Source: an uncultured Omnitrophica bacterium
Lineage (GTDB): Bacteria; Omnitrophota; Gorgyraeia; JACQQV01
Assembly: GCA_947085655.1 (NCBI GenBank)
Contig: CAMTXH010000016.1
Span: forward strand, 1 to 63,978
DNA length: 63,978 bases
Direction of reading: 5' to 3'
In this document: positions 53,832 through 63,978 of the stretch, piece by piece
How the letters are laid out: each line of letters begins with the position of its first letter
Numbering within the stretch: position 1 is the stretch's first letter
The notes under the pieces: model-generated
What the model was told of the DNA's origin: nothing
Database searches by the model: none
What the model saw: the letters and a program-made list of their open reading frames with translations, nothing else
Made by a program: the position numbers and the translations under genes

Positions 53832-55180
53832 CAGGCACGGCGGGCCTTGAGTCTGCCACGCTTCATAAACCCTTCGTAATGACGCATCAGGAGGTGGGAC
53901 TCAATCTGCTTCATCGTATCCAGCATCACGCCGACAATAATCAAAAGCCCTGTTCCGCCGAAGAAACTCGCCACCAGAAACGGGATTTTCAAAGAAGCAC
54001 CGATGAAATCCGGAAAAATGGCGATCACCGCCAAAAAAAGCGCACCCGGCCATGTGACCCGGGTAATGACATAGTCAAAATACTCCGCCGTCGTCCGGCC
54101 CGGTCGGACACCGGGAACGAACCCGCCGTATTTTTTCATGTTATCCGCAATATCCACTGGGTTCATGGTGATGGCGGTGTAAAAGAAACAAAAGAAAATT
54201 ATCAGTGCGGAGTAAACGATCGTGTAAAGCAACTGGCCCCGCAAAAGGAGATTTGCGAACGATTGAATTCCAGGATGCGGAACGAGTCCCGCCATCGTCG
54301 CCGGAAAAAGGATGATGGACTGCGCAAAAATGATCGGGATGACCCCCGCTTGGTTAATCCGGAGTGGAATGTAGGTGTTCTGTCCGCCGTAAACTCTTCT
54401 CCCGACGATTCGCTTCGCATACTGCACCGGAATCCGCCTCGCCGCCTGGGTTAGGATCACAACACCCACAATGACCGCAACCATGATCACCGCCATCAAA
54501 ATGAGGGTGAATCCCGAGATCTGCTGTCTCGCCGGATTGAAAGGTGAGACGAGAAGATAAAGCTGGCTCAAGGCGGCCGGGATCGCGGAAGTGATGCTAA
54601 TGGTGATGATCAGGGAAATGCCGTTCCCGATCCCCTTTTCCGTAATCTGCTCTCCAAGCCACATGATGAAGGCAGTGCCGCTGGTCAGCGTCAAAACCGT
54701 CATGATCTGGAAGCGCCAACCCGGATACTGAACAATCTGCTCCCCTCCGAACCGGGCCGGATCTTGAATCCAGAGACTGATGAAAAAGGACTGGATGACC
54801 GCCAGGATCACAGTCCCGTAACGGGTATACTGGGTGATCTTCCGATGCCCCTCTTCGCCTTCTTTGGCAAGCCGCTCCAGGGCCGGGATAACCGCCGCCA
54901 GAAGCTGGAGGATGATGGAGGCGGAGATGTAAGGCATGATCCCCAATGCAAAGATGGTGAGCCGCTCCACCGCCCCTCCGCTGAACATATTCATAATGCC
55001 AAAGAGTGTTCCGCCCTGACTCTGAGCCAGTTCCTGAAAAAACTGGGCAAGTTTGCGTCCGTCGATTCCCGGTGTCGGGATAAAGGCCCCTACCCGGTAC
55101 ACCGCAATGATCCCGAGCGTAAAAAGGATCTTCCGCTTCAGATCCGGTATTTTGAAAGCATTAGCCAGTGCCTGAAGCAT
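53831..55180 (-). CDS. secY: preprotein translocase subunit SecY
   Basis: It is a 10-TM protein with IPDLKRKILFTLG, FALGIMPYISASII and INQAGVIPIIFA. The start is probably the ATG at 55180. Confidence 0.96.
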   Translation of the reverse strand: MLQALANAFKIPDLKRKILFTLGIIAVYRVGAFIPTPGIDGRKLAQFFQELAQSQGGTLFGIMNMFSGGAVERLTIFALGIMPYISASIILQLLAAVIPALERLAKEGEEGHRKITQYTRYGTVILAVIQSFFISLWIQDPARFGGEQIVQYPGWRFQIMTVLTLTSGTAFIMWLGEQITEKGIGNGISLIITISITSAIPAALSQLYLLVSPFNPARQQISGFTLILMAVIMVAVIVGVVILTQAARRIPVQYAKRIVGRRVYGGQNTYIPLRINQAGVIPIIFAQSIILFPATMAGLVPHPGIQSFANLLLRGQLLYTIVYSALIIFFCFFYTAITMNPVDIADNMKKYGGFVPGVRPGRTTAEYFDYVITRVTWPGALFLAVIAIFPDFIGASLKIPFLVASFFGGTGLLIIVGVMLDTMKQIESHLLMRHYEGFMKRGRLKARRA

Positions 55181-55625
55181 CTTCCCCGACGATGAGGGCC
55201 TTCCCCCCCGATTTTTCGATGATTTCACGCGCTTTTTGGCTGTAGCCGTCTGCGCTGACCCGAAGCGATTTTTTCAGCTCACCCGTCCCGAGTACCTTCA
55301 CAGGGTACCGGTTCCGGTCAATCAACCCGGCCTCTTCCAACTCCTTAGGTGTCACGGAGCTGTTTTCCTTAAACCGGTTCAGCTGCCCCACCTGGACAAT
55401 CCGGTTCGGCCGTTTGAATCCGCCCCCGAATCCCCGTTTTGGAAGACGTCGGATCAGAGGCATCTGGCCTCCTTCAAGTCCGAGCCGCGGCCCTTTGCCG
55501 ATTCGTGCGGTCTGGCCCTTTTGACCCCTGCCGGAGGTCTTTCCCATTCCGGAGGAGCGTCCCCGTCCCCGACGCTTTGAAGGAGAATGGCTCTTGGGTG
55601 CTGGATGGAGATCCGATAATTTCAT
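55161..55625 (-). CDS. rplO: 50S ribosomal protein L15
   Basis: The sequence [12 protein letters not shown]...RRGRG.SSG.GKTSGRG.KGQ is present. Confidence 0.96.
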   Translation of the reverse strand: MKLSDLHPAPKSHSPSKRRGRGRSSGMGKTSGRGQKGQTARIGKGPRLGLEGGQMPLIRRLPKRGFGGGFKRPNRIVQVGQLNRFKENSSVTPKELEEAGLIDRNRYPVKVLGTGELKKSLRVSADGYSQKAREIIEKSGGKALIVGEDASGTG

Positions 55626-56140
55626 ACCGCTTCTTCCTTCTTTTCCTCTGTCTGCGTCTCCGGCTCCTTTTCCCGCGAGATAAATCCTTTTAATGCCATT
55701 TCGGTCGCTTTGAGGACATTTATCGCGTTGTTGGACCCGAGTGACTTTGACAAAATATCCCGGATGCCGGCCGCCACGCAGATGGCCCGGACCGGGCCGC
55801 CGGCAATGACCCCTGTTCCTTCACTCGCCGGTTTCAGAAGTACTTTGGCGGCACCGTAGTGGCCGATGATTTCGTGCGGAATCGTGTTCTTCCGGAGCGG
55901 AACTTTGAACATGTTCTTTTGAGCGTCAGACATCCCTTTCCGGATGGCATCGACTACTTCATTCGCCTTTCCGTAACCGCAGCCGACCGACCCCTTGGCA
56001 TTGCCGACAACGCAGAGGGCGCTAAAGGAAAAACGTTTTCCCCCTTTAACAACTTTGGCGACCCGATTCAACCGGATCAATTTCTCAATCAGCTCCGGCT
56101 GGGCGGCTTGAGGTTTTGGCTGCATTGGGGAATTTCTCAA
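55622..56140 (-). CDS. rpsE: 30S ribosomal protein S5
   Basis: Motifs [22 protein letters not shown] and GTGVIAGG. It overlaps rplO by 4 nt, so no L30 gene lies between them. Confidence 0.96.
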   Translation of the reverse strand: MRNSPMQPKPQAAQPELIEKLIRLNRVAKVVKGGKRFSFSALCVVGNAKGSVGCGYGKANEVVDAIRKGMSDAQKNMFKVPLRKNTIPHEIIGHYGAAKVLLKPASEGTGVIAGGPVRAICVAAGIRDILSKSLGSNNAINVLKATEMALKGFISREKEPETQTEEKKEEAV

Positions 56141-56151
56141 TTCATCCTCCG

Positions 56152-56511
56152 TTAAAAAGTCAGGCCGCTTTTGCGGCAGGCATCGGCAAAGGCCTTGATC
56201 CTTCCGTGGTAGGGAAACCCACCCCGGTCAAAAACGACTTTGGTGAAACCCTTTGACTTGGCCTCTGTTGCAAACTGTTTCCCAAGTTCCTCAATAAGCT
56301 GAAGGGTGTTCTTCCCCCCCTCCTTTTTTTTCAGGGAGGGGTTAAGGCTTGAATAACTCAATAATGTTTTCTGTTCAAGGTCGTCGATCAGCTGGGCATA
56401 AAAGTGCTTCAGGGAGCGGTGGACCGAAAGTCTCGGTTTCTCTTTTGTCCCGATGACGCGTCGTCTGACCCGTTTATGCCTCGAAATCCGTTTTTCCTCA
56501 AGGTTCAGCAT
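56152..56511 (-). CDS. rplR: 50S ribosomal protein L18
   Basis: Motifs [20 protein letters not shown] and FDRGG..YHGR. Confidence 0.96.
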   Translation of the reverse strand: MLNLEEKRISRHKRVRRRVIGTKEKPRLSVHRSLKHFYAQLIDDLEQKTLLSYSSLNPSLKKKEGGKNTLQLIEELGKQFATEAKSKGFTKVVFDRGGFPYHGRIKAFADACRKSGLTF

Positions 56512-56520
56512 CTCATGACC

Positions 56521-57057
56521 TCACGCAACCGTCTTCCCGGCCTTCCGGCGGACCACCTCTCCCGCATACCGGATTCCCTTTCCCTTATATGGTTCCGGTT
56601 TGTAGAAGGCCCGGATTTCGCTGGCTGTCTGTCCCACCCTCATCTTGTCAATTCCCTGGACAATAACCTGATTTTGGTTCGGCGTTTGGATCGTGATTCC
56701 CTCCGGAATCTGAAACTCGATTGTGTGTGAAAATCCAAGCTGCATGGAAAGGGTCTTCCCCTTGGACTGCGCCCGAAAGCCGACCCCTTCGATCTGAAGT
56801 TCCTTTTGAAACCCTTTCGTCACACCCTCAACCATGTTGGACAGAAGACTGTTGATGGTCCCATGAAGCGAACGATTCCACTTTTCATCAGAGAGCCGCT
56901 CAACCCTCAGCTCCTTCTCTTCCATCTTGACCGAAATACCCCTCGGAAGAAGGAGGGAAAGTTCCCCCTTCGGGCCCTTGACCGTTACGGTTTCCTCTTT
57001 CTGCAGGACCTGAACCCCGGATGGGATTGGAATCACTTTTTTACCGACGCGTGACAT
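56521..57057 (-). CDS. rplF: 50S ribosomal protein L6
   Basis: Motifs MSRVGKKVIPIP.GV, GVGFRA and EPYKGKGIRY. Confidence 0.96.
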   Translation of the reverse strand: MSRVGKKVIPIPSGVQVLQKEETVTVKGPKGELSLLLPRGISVKMEEKELRVERLSDEKWNRSLHGTINSLLSNMVEGVTKGFQKELQIEGVGFRAQSKGKTLSMQLGFSHTIEFQIPEGITIQTPNQNQVIVQGIDKMRVGQTASEIRAFYKPEPYKGKGIRYAGEVVRRKAGKTVA

Positions 57058-57063
57058 GACTTT

Positions 57064-57462
57064 TCACCATACGTAACAAAGCACTTCGCCGCCGATTTGA
57101 TATTCCCGGGCTTTCCGGTCCGTGACCACACCTTTTGAGGTCGAAAGGATGGCAATTCCGATCCCACCCAGAACTTTCGGAATCCGGTTTTTGGGCGCAT
57201 AGACGCGAAGGCCCGGCTTGGAAACGCGCCGCAGGCCTGTAATCCGCTTTTTCTTTGAACCCTCTTCCCGGAGATAAATCCGCAGAAATCGGCAGTTTCT
57301 CTGCTCAACCCTCTTGAAGTTCCGGATATAGCCCTCTTCCTTCAAAATTTGAAGGATCGCCTCCTTCAGACTGGAGGCGGGAACCTCTACCGCCTCCTTG
57401 GAGACCATGTTGGCATTCCGGATGGTGGTGAGCATATTTGCAATAGGATCAGAAAGACTCAT
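57064..57462 (-). CDS. rpsH: 30S ribosomal protein S8
   Basis: The N-terminus is SDPIANMLTTIRNA and the C-terminus is GGEVLCYVW. Confidence 0.96.
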   Translation of the reverse strand: MSLSDPIANMLTTIRNANMVSKEAVEVPASSLKEAILQILKEEGYIRNFKRVEQRNCRFLRIYLREEGSKKKRITGLRRVSKPGLRVYAPKNRIPKVLGGIGIAILSTSKGVVTDRKAREYQIGGEVLCYVW

Positions 57463-57481
57463 GCGTTCTCCTTAAGTGCAT

Positions 57482-57667
57482 TTACCAACTCGCCTTGATC
57501 ACGCCTGCGATTTCGCCCCGGGAGGCAAATTCCCGGAAACAGATACGGCAGAGTTCGAACTTTCGCAGGTACCCCCTCGGCCGTCCGCACCGTTTGCAGC
57601 GATGGTACCGTCGAACGCCGAATTTAGGAGGCCGATTTGCTTTTAAAATCAGCGCCTTTTTGGCCAT
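57482..57667 (-). CDS. rpsN: 30S ribosomal protein S14, zinc-binding type Z (61 aa)
   Basis: The sequence is [23 protein letters not shown]. Confidence 0.95.
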   Translation of the reverse strand: MAKKALILKANRPPKFGVRRYHRCKRCGRPRGYLRKFELCRICFREFASRGEIAGVIKASW

Positions 57668-57680
57668 TTTCTTCCCTTAT

Positions 57681-58223
57681 CTAAGAAGAACGGAAAGGAA
57701 GCCCGAGATGCCGAAGCAGCTTCCGGGATTCCTCTTTGTTTTTACACCGGACAACCAATGTGATGTTCATTCCGTACGGAGATTCCACTTTTTCATAGTC
57801 AATCTCGGGGAAGATAACATGTTCCCTGATTCCCAGGGTGTAATTTCCCCTTTCATCAAAACCGTTCGGGGAAATCCCCCTGAAGTCCCGAATCCGGGGG
57901 AGCGCCACATTCACCAGACGGTCTAAAAACTCATACATCCTTCTTCCCCGGAGCGTGACACAACAGCCGACGGAAGACCCCTCCCGGATTTTAAAATTTG
58001 AAATCGATTTCCGGGCCTTTGTGACGATCGGCCGCTGGCCCGTGACCAGCGAAAGGTCTTGGGTGACTGTTTCAATCACCTTGGCATTATGCGAGCCCTC
58101 GCCCGCCCCCACATTCACGACAATTTTTTGAAGGCGCGGCGCTTCCAAAGGGTTCTTATAACCCATTTCTTTACAAAGAGTCGGAATAATCTCCTTCCGG
58201 AACCGCTCGAGCAGTCTGGCCAT
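57681..58223 (-). CDS. rplE: 50S ribosomal protein L5
   Basis: I moved the start to the ATG at 58223, just after the rplX stop at 58226. The product begins MARLLERFRKEIIP.L and contains PRLQKIVVNVG. Confidence 0.96.
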   Translation of the reverse strand: MARLLERFRKEIIPTLCKEMGYKNPLEAPRLQKIVVNVGAGEGSHNAKVIETVTQDLSLVTGQRPIVTKARKSISNFKIREGSSVGCCVTLRGRRMYEFLDRLVNVALPRIRDFRGISPNGFDERGNYTLGIREHVIFPEIDYEKVESPYGMNITLVVRCKNKEESRKLLRHLGLPFRSS

Positions 58224-58225
58224 GA

Positions 58226-58540
58226 TTATATTTCCTCTTTGCACCGGCGACAGAAACGGATGCGACTTCCGTCGGTGGAGCGCTTGGCCCCCAGCCGAAC
58301 GGGGCGATTGCACCGGCTGCATAAATACTGGACCTTGGAATGGTAAAGGGGTTGTTCCATGCTGATAATCCCCCCCTGGGGGTCGTCGGCCTTCCGGCGG
58401 CGCGCATGTTTCCGGGCCATGTTGACTCCCTCCACAAGAAGAACTCCTTTTCGGGGAGAAGTCCAGATGACCTTTCCTTTTTTTCCCCTATCCTTCCCGG
58501 TAATCACAAAAGCAATGTCGTCTTTTTTCAGGAGACTCAC
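58226..58540 (-). CDS. rplX: 50S ribosomal protein L24
   Basis: The KOW motif is [20 protein letters not shown]. Confidence 0.95.
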   Translation of the reverse strand: MSLLKKDDIAFVITGKDRGKKGKVIWTSPRKGVLLVEGVNMARKHARRRKADDPQGGIISMEQPLYHSKVQYLCSRCNRPVRLGAKRSTDGSRIRFCRRCKEEI

Positions 58541-58908
58541 TACAGCACCTCGGGAGCCAGAGAAATAATTTTGGCAAATTTTTTTTCGCGAAGTTCCCGG
58601 GCCACCGGCCCGAAAATCCGCGTTCCCAGCGGATTTCCCTGATTGTCAATAATCACAGCCGCATTCCGGTCGAAGCGCAGCTTTGAACCGTCCGGACGCG
58701 AAATCGCATTTCGGGTCCGGATAATCACCGCCCGAACCACCTGACCCTTTTTGATGATCGCATCCGGAATCGATTCCTTGATATTGGCCTTGATCACATC
58801 ACCGATTTCGGCGGTTTTTTTGCCGCTTCGGTCAAGGACGCCGATGCAGGAGGCCCGCTTCGCTCCCGTGTTGTCTGCGATATCCAGAATGGTCCGAAGC
58901 TGAATCAC
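58540..58908 (-). CDS. rplN: 50S ribosomal protein L14
   Basis: A GTG start at 58908 forms a GTGA overlap with the rpsQ stop. The product begins (M)[16 protein letters not shown], giving the canonical 122 aa. Confidence 0.96.
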   Translation of the reverse strand: MIQLRTILDIADNTGAKRASCIGVLDRSGKKTAEIGDVIKANIKESIPDAIIKKGQVVRAVIIRTRNAISRPDGSKLRFDRNAAVIIDNQGNPLGTRIFGPVARELREKKFAKIISLAPEVL

Positions 58909-59165
58909 GACGACTTTAACACCTCTTTTAACCGCCACCGTTTTTCCTTGGAAATGGGGCGCGTCTCCACGATCCGGACTTTGTCCCCTTCTTTCGCCGT
59001 TCCGTTTTCATCGTGAACTTTCACCTTGGAGATAAAACGCTGAATTTTCCGGTAGGCCGGATGGGGAGCAAGCCGCACGATTTTCACCACGAGGGTGTTT
59101 TTCATCCGGTTGCTCAAAACAATCCCGATCCGTTCTTTCCGCCTGGAAAATTTCACCTGCGTCAC
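58905..59165 (-). CDS. rpsQ: 30S ribosomal protein S17
   Basis: Motifs [16 protein letters not shown] and [23 protein letters not shown]. Confidence 0.96.
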   Translation of the reverse strand: MTQVKFSRRKERIGIVLSNRMKNTLVVKIVRLAPHPAYRKIQRFISKVKVHDENGTAKEGDKVRIVETRPISKEKRWRLKEVLKSS

Positions 59166-59359
59166 GCTTGTTTCTCCTTTTCCTTTAGAATCGTCATAAT
59201 GCGGGCAATGTCTTTCCGCTGACTCCGAATCTGACTCGGCTTTTCGACCTTTTCCCCGATCGCCTTCTCCCGAATTTCAAAAAGGGACTTACGAAGAAAA
59301 ACCACTTTTTCTCTAAGTTCTCCGACCGAAAGCGCACGCAGATCCTGCGGTTTCGTCAT
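59162..59359 (-). CDS. rpmC: 50S ribosomal protein L29
   Basis: It is 65 aa with [19 protein letters not shown], and it lies in the conserved position between L16 and S17. Confidence 0.93.
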   Translation of the reverse strand: MTKPQDLRALSVGELREKVVFLRKSLFEIREKAIGEKVEKPSQIRSQRKDIARIMTILKEKEKQA

Positions 59360-59772
59360 CTGGCCACCTTCCGGGATACAAACTTCGTTCTGAAAGGAAT
59401 TTTATGCGCCGCAAGACTCATCGCCTCTTTTGCCAATTCCTCCGGAATTCCTTCCATTTCAAAAAGGACTCTCCCCCGGTGAATGACCGCAACCCAATGG
59501 TCCACGTCCCCCTTGCCCTTTCCCATACGGGTTTCGGCAGGTTTTTTGGTGACCGGTTTATCCGGGAAGATCCGGATCCACACCTTGCCGCCCTTTTTCA
59601 CATGCCGCGACAAAGAGACCCGGGCCGCCTCGATCTGGGCATTCGTCAGCCAACCGTTATCCATCGCCTGAAGCCCGTATTCACCGAAGGCGATTCGGGC
59701 GCCGCAGTAGGCCGTTCCTTTACGGCTGCCTCGCTGGGTCTTTCGGTACTTTACCCTTTTCGGGAGTAACAC
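59356..59772 (-). CDS. rplP: 50S ribosomal protein L16
   Basis: It has a GTG start and the product begins (M)[18 protein letters not shown], with RMGKGKG further on. Confidence 0.96.
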   Translation of the reverse strand: MLLPKRVKYRKTQRGSRKGTAYCGARIAFGEYGLQAMDNGWLTNAQIEAARVSLSRHVKKGGKVWIRIFPDKPVTKKPAETRMGKGKGDVDHWVAVIHRGRVLFEMEGIPEELAKEAMSLAAHKIPFRTKFVSRKVAR

Positions 59773-60421
59773 TTTCCTTCTCCTTTTCTCCGGGTAGCGG
59801 AGATTCTCCCTTATAAATCCAGACCTTTACACCAATTTTTCCGTAAATCGTATGGGCTTCAGTAAATCCGTATTCGATATCCGCCTTAAAGGTCTGAAGA
59901 GGGATCTTGCCCTCCTTATATCCTTCCGTCCGGGACATCTCGGCCCCTCCGAGGCGCCCTGAACACCGGACCTTGATTCCTAAAGCGCCCGATTGGAGAG
60001 CCAGCTGCACCCCTTTCTTCATGGCCCGCCGGAACGAAATTCTCCGCTCCAGTTGGATCGCGATGTTTTCGGAGACGAGCTGAGCGTCAATGGCAGGGTT
60101 TTTGACCTCCTTGACGTCAATCGAGATTTCCTTTTGGGTCAATCCCTGAATCTCATCCCGCAGCCGGTCGATATCCTGGCCTCGCCTTCCGATAATCATA
60201 CCGGGCCGTGCGGTATGAAGGATAATCCGGACCTGCCCGCTGGATCGTTCAATCACCACTCTGGAAACCGCCGCCTGTTTAAAATTTTTCTTGATCGTCT
60301 CCCGGATCAAGAAATCTTCATGGAGGTACTTGGCGTAATCGTGCTTCCCGGCATACCAAAGGGAACTCCAGCTCTTGGTCCAGCCGAGCCGCAAACTTAA
60401 AGGTTGTGTTTTATGCCCCAT
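59720..60421 (-). CDS. rpsC: 30S ribosomal protein S3 with short K/E/P-rich C-terminal tail
   Basis: I moved the start to the ATG at 60421. The product begins [13 protein letters not shown], and the KH motif is [12 protein letters not shown]. Confidence 0.96.
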   Translation of the reverse strand: MGHKTQPLSLRLGWTKSWSSLWYAGKHDYAKYLHEDFLIRETIKKNFKQAAVSRVVIERSSGQVRIILHTARPGMIIGRRGQDIDRLRDEIQGLTQKEISIDVKEVKNPAIDAQLVSENIAIQLERRISFRRAMKKGVQLALQSGALGIKVRCSGRLGGAEMSRTEGYKEGKIPLQTFKADIEYGFTEAHTIYGKIGVKVWIYKGESPLPGEKEKESVTPEKGKVPKDPARQP

Positions 60422-60422
60422 C

Positions 60423-60770
60423 TTAGGAACGGACCTCGATTTCAACATGTAAGTGTGATTGTCTCCGGCGGTAACGAACCCCCCGTCCCATGGCGACGGC
60501 CCGCCAGCGGCGCCCGACACGCGTCGGACCTTCATCCGCCGTAATCTTTGAAATATAAAGAGCCCCGGTCTTTGCCTCCGGATTCCGCCTTGCATTCGCC
60601 AGAGCCGAAAGGATGGTTTTCCGGACCTCTTGGGCGGCCCGTTTGTTCACATGTTCCAAAAGAGCGACCGCCGCTTCCGCGTCCCGGTTCCGGACCAAAT
60701 CAATCACCTGCCGGACTTTCCGGGGCGACATCTTGAGGAAGCGGTTCGCTGCTTTTCCTGCCGGCATCAT
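60423..60770 (-). CDS. rplV: 50S ribosomal protein L22
   Basis: The sequence is SPRKVRQVIDLVRNRDAEAAVALL. Confidence 0.95.
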   Translation of the reverse strand: MMPAGKAANRFLKMSPRKVRQVIDLVRNRDAEAAVALLEHVNKRAAQEVRKTILSALANARRNPEAKTGALYISKITADEGPTRVGRRWRAVAMGRGVRYRRRQSHLHVEIEVRS

Positions 60771-60776
60771 GGCTCC

Positions 60777-61061
60777 TTACTTTAAAGCGGTGGTTTTTTC
60801 GGCTGCCGCGCCGTGCTTCTTGAACGTCCGGGTGGGGGCAAATTCACCCAGTTTGTGGCCGACCATGTTCTCGGTCACGTAAACCGGAATGAACTTTCTC
60901 CCGTTATGAATCGAAAAAGTCAATCCGACGAAATCGGGGATAATGGTGGAACGGCGCGACCAGGTCTTGATCGGCTTTTTATCGCCTGTTTCACGTATCT
61001 TGGTGACCTTTTCCATGAGGTGCGCATCCACAAAAGGACCTTTGGTGACCGAACGTCCCAT
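60777..61061 (-). CDS. rpsS: 30S ribosomal protein S19
   Basis: Motifs [11 protein letters not shown] and [27 protein letters not shown]. Confidence 0.97.
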   Translation of the reverse strand: MGRSVTKGPFVDAHLMEKVTKIRETGDKKPIKTWSRRSTIIPDFVGLTFSIHNGRKFIPVYVTENMVGHKLGEFAPTRTFKKHGAAAEKTTALK

Positions 61062-61062
61062 C

Positions 61063-61890
61063 TTACCTCCTCCGTTTCAAAATCATCCGGTTGGAATATT
61101 TCTTCTTGTGACGGGTCTTATACCCTTTAGTGGGCTTTCCCCACGGCGTGGCCGGATGAGGATTTCCCTGGCCCGCCTTTCCCTCGCCCCCGCCGTGCGG
61201 GTGGTCAACCGGGTTCATCGCCGACCCGCGGACATGCGGACGCCGTCCAAGCCAGCGGGAGCGGCCCGCCTTTCCGACCGAGATGCCTTCATGATCAATG
61301 TTGCCGACCTGTCCGACCGTCGCCCGGCATCGGATACCGACCAGACGCGCTTCCCCCGAGGGGAGACGAAGATGCGCGTATTCCCCCTCCTTGGCCAAAA
61401 GCTGGGCGCTGGCGCCGGCAGAGCGGACGATTTTCCCCCCTCCGCCCGGAATCAGTTCCACATTATGGACCACCGTGCCGAGCGGCATATCCCGGAGAGG
61501 AAGACAGTTGCCGACCTTGGCTTCGATTTTTTCGCCTGAAAGGACTTCCTCCCCGACTCTTAATTCGGCCGGCCAAATGATGTACCGTTTTTCACCGTCT
61601 TCGTAACCCACGAGCGCAATCCGCGCGGAACGGTTCGGGTCGTATTCAATCGCAAGGACTTTTCCCTTCACGCCGTTTTTTTCGCGTCTGAAGTCGATTT
61701 TCCGATAGAAGCGTTTGTGGCCGCCCCCGCGGAACCGAACCGTAATCCGGCCGGACCGGTTTCTCCCGCCCCTTTTGCGAATCGGCTCAAGGAGCGATTT
61801 CTCAGGGTCCTTCCGCGTAATTTCTTCAAAGACAGGCACGGATGCGTGCCGCTGTCCATCTGTAACCGGCTTGAGTTTTCGAATGCCCAT
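61063..61890 (-). CDS. rplB: 50S ribosomal protein L2
   Basis: Motifs [35 protein letters not shown]. Confidence 0.97.
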   Translation of the reverse strand: MGIRKLKPVTDGQRHASVPVFEEITRKDPEKSLLEPIRKRGGRNRSGRITVRFRGGGHKRFYRKIDFRREKNGVKGKVLAIEYDPNRSARIALVGYEDGEKRYIIWPAELRVGEEVLSGEKIEAKVGNCLPLRDMPLGTVVHNVELIPGGGGKIVRSAGASAQLLAKEGEYAHLRLPSGEARLVGIRCRATVGQVGNIDHEGISVGKAGRSRWLGRRPHVRGSAMNPVDHPHGGGEGKAGQGNPHPATPWGKPTKGYKTRHKKKYSNRMILKRRR

Positions 61891-61891
61891 T

Positions 61892-62167
61892 TCAGGTCAG
61901 TTGAATCGTATGTCCTTCTTTTAAAGTGACAATCGCCTTTTTCCAGGAAGGGGTTCTTCCTGCCTGGGTGCGGAGACGCTTCATCTTTCCCTGGACAATC
62001 GCCGTCCGGACCCTTTTCACCTTGACCCGGTAAATTTCCTCAACCGCCTTCCGGATCAAAATTTTATTCGCCCGGAGATCCACTTTAAAAAGGTATTGAT
62101 TGTGCGGGGCAATCGCACTTCCCTTCTCGGTCTTTAAAGGGGCCTTGATGATCTCATAGGCATTCAT
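61892..62167 (-). CDS. rplW: 50S ribosomal protein L23
   Basis: The protein is 91 aa and contains [26 protein letters not shown]. Confidence 0.95.
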   Translation of the reverse strand: MNAYEIIKAPLKTEKGSAIAPHNQYLFKVDLRANKILIRKAVEEIYRVKVKRVRTAIVQGKMKRLRTQAGRTPSWKKAIVTLKEGHTIQLT

Positions 62168-62808
62168 GACGTTTCTTTCTTGGAGAGGGACTCAAGAAAA
62201 TGAGCGAAGGAGTTTTTCTCCATTAAAATATTGGAGTGGTGAAGAAGGTCATAGGCGTTCACATCCCGGTGCGTCTTGAGCGATACCCCCGGAAGATTCC
62301 GGCACGAAAGCTTGAGCGGCTCGTTCATCTTTTCCACCACCAAAAGCACCGATCCACGCAACTCCAATATCTTGAGAAGTTCCGCCACTGTTTTCGTCTT
62401 CGGTCGGTCCACCTTCAACGATTCGATCAGGACAAGCTCCCCGCCTTTTACTTTAGCATTCAGACTCTGCCGGACGGCCGATCGCCTGACTCTTTTCGGA
62501 AGGACAAACCCGTAATCTCTTGGTTTCGGACCGAAGACAGTGCCCCCGTGTCTCCAGAGAGGACTTCGGTTCGAGCCGGCTCTTGCCCGTCCGGTCCCTT
62601 TCTGGCGCCAGGGTTTCTTACCGCCGCCGGAAACCTCCCCCCGCGTTTTGGTGCCATGGGTTCCTTGGCGCTGTTGGTTCTGATACATCCGGACGACCTG
62701 GTGAAGCAAAGAAACATTCACGCGCCCGTCAAAAATTTTCTCGTCCAAGGGGAAATCCGAAAGTTTATCGCCTTTTTGACTGAAGACCGAAAGGGCCATC
62801 TTCTTCAT
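62164..62808 (-). CDS. rplD: 50S ribosomal protein L4
   Basis: Motifs [37 protein letters not shown]. Confidence 0.96.
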   Translation of the reverse strand: MKKMALSVFSQKGDKLSDFPLDEKIFDGRVNVSLLHQVVRMYQNQQRQGTHGTKTRGEVSGGGKKPWRQKGTGRARAGSNRSPLWRHGGTVFGPKPRDYGFVLPKRVRRSAVRQSLNAKVKGGELVLIESLKVDRPKTKTVAELLKILELRGSVLLVVEKMNEPLKLSCRNLPGVSLKTHRDVNAYDLLHHSNILMEKNSFAHFLESLSKKETS

Positions 62809-63533
62809 TTCTTATCCGTCTTTTTCTCTTCCTTTTTCGCCGCCGGTTTCTCTTCCCTCTTTTCTTTCTGCTTCGGCTCCTGCGGCTCAACGGCCCGATG
62901 CATTTTCCGTTTCTGGTTCTTGGATCTTTGAATGACGACGTACCCGCTTTTTCCGGGGACGGCGCCCCTTACTAAAAGAAGATGATTTTCCTTGTCAACA
63001 AGGACCACCTCAAGACGCATGACGGTCCGGAGAACATTTCCCATATGCCCGGCGAGATGGTGGCCTTTGTAGACCCGCGAAGGGGTCGAGCTCGCCCCGA
63101 TGGAACCGGGCTGCCGGTGGTGCATCGACCCGTGGGTCTTTCTACCACCCTTCCAACCCCATCGTTTAACACCCCCCTGAAAACCTTTTCCGATCGAAAG
63201 ACTGGTCACATCCACATATTCACCCGGTGAAAAGCGGTCCACTTCGAGAGTCTGACCGACCTGGAGACTCTCGCCGGCATCGAGCCGGAGTTCCTTCAAA
63301 AACCGTTTCGGGGAAACACCCGCCTTCTGAAAGACGCCGAGTTCCGGTTTCGTGCAGGCCTTTTTGGGTTTTTCTTCAAAGCCGAGCATGGCCGCGTCAT
63401 AACCGTCTTTATCCTTCGTCCGGACATAAACCACGGCGCAGGGACCCCCTTCCAGAACGGTCACCGGAACCCGGTCTCCCTCCTGGCTGAAGACTTCCGT
63501 CATCCCAATTTTTTTTCCAAGGAGTCCTTTCAT
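62805..63533 (-). CDS. rplC: 50S ribosomal protein L3 with K/E-rich C-terminal tail
   Basis: Motifs [21 protein letters not shown] and GSIG. Confidence 0.96.
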   Translation of the reverse strand: MKGLLGKKIGMTEVFSQEGDRVPVTVLEGGPCAVVYVRTKDKDGYDAAMLGFEEKPKKACTKPELGVFQKAGVSPKRFLKELRLDAGESLQVGQTLEVDRFSPGEYVDVTSLSIGKGFQGGVKRWGWKGGRKTHGSMHHRQPGSIGASSTPSRVYKGHHLAGHMGNVLRTVMRLEVVLVDKENHLLLVRGAVPGKSGYVVIQRSKNQKRKMHRAVEPQEPKQKEKREEKPAAKKEEKKTDKK

Positions 63534-63835
63534 CGTATCTCAACATCCACCCCGGCCGGCAAATCGAGCCGCCGGAGGGCATCAATGGTTTTGGCCGTGG
63601 GGTTCACGATGTCCAAAAGCCGCTTGTGTGTTTTCATCACGAACTGTTCCCTGGACTTCTTGTCGATAAACGGGGAGCGGAGGACGGTATAAATCTCTTT
63701 TTTGGTCGGAAGCGGTACCGGACCCGAAATTTTGGCACCGGTCCGCTTGGCCGTCTCCACAATTTCCACAGCCGACTGGTCCAGAAGACGGTGATCGTAT
63801 GCCTTCAACCGGATGCGAATCTTTTGGCCTGCCAT
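63530..63835 (-). CDS. rpsJ: 30S ribosomal protein S10
   Basis: The sequence is [17 protein letters not shown]...GPVPLPT. Confidence 0.97.
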   Translation of the reverse strand: MAGQKIRIRLKAYDHRLLDQSAVEIVETAKRTGAKISGPVPLPTKKEIYTVLRSPFIDKKSREQFVMKTHKRLLDIVNPTAKTIDALRRLDLPAGVDVEIR

Positions 63836-63837
63836 TT

Positions 63838-63978
63838 TTACGTCAACACCTCGCTAATAACACCCGCTCCCACCGTCTTGCCCCCTTCCCGGATGGCAAA
63901 GCGCTGTTCTTTTTCCATGGCCACAGGCGTAATCAGTTCGATTTCCATGGTGACATTGTCTCCCGGCATCACCATCTC
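63838..63978 (-). CDS. tuf: elongation factor Tu, C-terminal 46 codons (partial, continues beyond the right edge)
   Basis: My own translation is [46 protein letters not shown] followed by TAA at 63838-63840. This is the canonical EF-Tu domain 3 end, immediately upstream of rpsJ. Confidence 0.95.
   Translation of the reverse strand, partial: EMVMPGDNVTMEIELITPVAMEKEQRFAIREGGKTVGAGVISEVLT

Noticed and set aside
1-63978. CRISPR arrays, rRNA, tRNA, tmRNA, RNase P or SRP RNA.
   Set aside because: I saw no regularly spaced direct repeats. The only non-coding stretch long enough (14560-15315) shows none of the conserved cores I can recognise by eye (tRNA cloverleaf/TPsiC, GAGGAAAGUCC, SRP GGAA-loop helix). 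An Infernal scan would be needed for certainty.

Overview
This window is a compact bacterial chromosome segment of about 95 genes with very short spacers and many 1-4 nt stop/start overlaps (ATGA, GTGA). Almost everything is coded on the minus strand. The only plus-strand unit is an ExeA/GspB-like pair at 15748-17069.

Layout, left to right:
- 1-75: the first 25 codons of an IS30-like transposase at the window edge.
- 98-5545: an MFS transporter, a small exosortase-associated-type secreted protein, and a fatty-acid beta-oxidation set (acyl-CoA ligase, enoyl-CoA hydratase, 3-hydroxyacyl-CoA dehydrogenase).
- 5600-13719: a tightly overlapping signalling/accessory train. It holds a cNMP-binding/degenerate ParA-like/patatin protein, an M48 peptidase, a DUF62 SAM hydrolase-type enzyme, a PilZ protein, a K/E-rich zinc-ribbon protein, a membrane Mrr_cat-like/PilZ fusion, split methylmalonyl-CoA mutase and a VanZ-like protein.
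- 14560-15315: the only gene-poor stretch. It contains three near-consensus sigma70 promoters, two hydrophobic micro-ORFs, one clean intrinsic terminator, a perfect DnaA box and an AT-rich tract.
- 17070-48988: housekeeping genes, including aroB, aroQ, efp, accBC, pfkA, gmhA, thiE, lipA, lpdA, pcm, pilT and aminotransferases. Interspersed are a GAF-HD-GYP / dGTPase / HIT / Arch_ATPase-DUF234 run and a three-gene glycolipid-type module.
- 48998-63978: one uninterrupted tuf-S10-spc-alpha ribosomal superoperon, read right to left. It has no rpmD (L30), and several ribosomal proteins carry K/E/P-rich tails.

No rRNA, tRNA or CRISPR array was seen. The 'small basic protein' gene and the compact style suggest a PVC-superphylum-like or candidate-phylum organism, but this is inference only.

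No clear-cut known defence or mobile system is present. The best candidates for something new are the c-di-GMP receptor trio (9574-11268), the cNMP/ParA-like/patatin protein coupled to M48 (5600-8787), and the promoter/micro-ORF island (14560-15315). All calls rest on reading translated motifs by eye; no database search was run.
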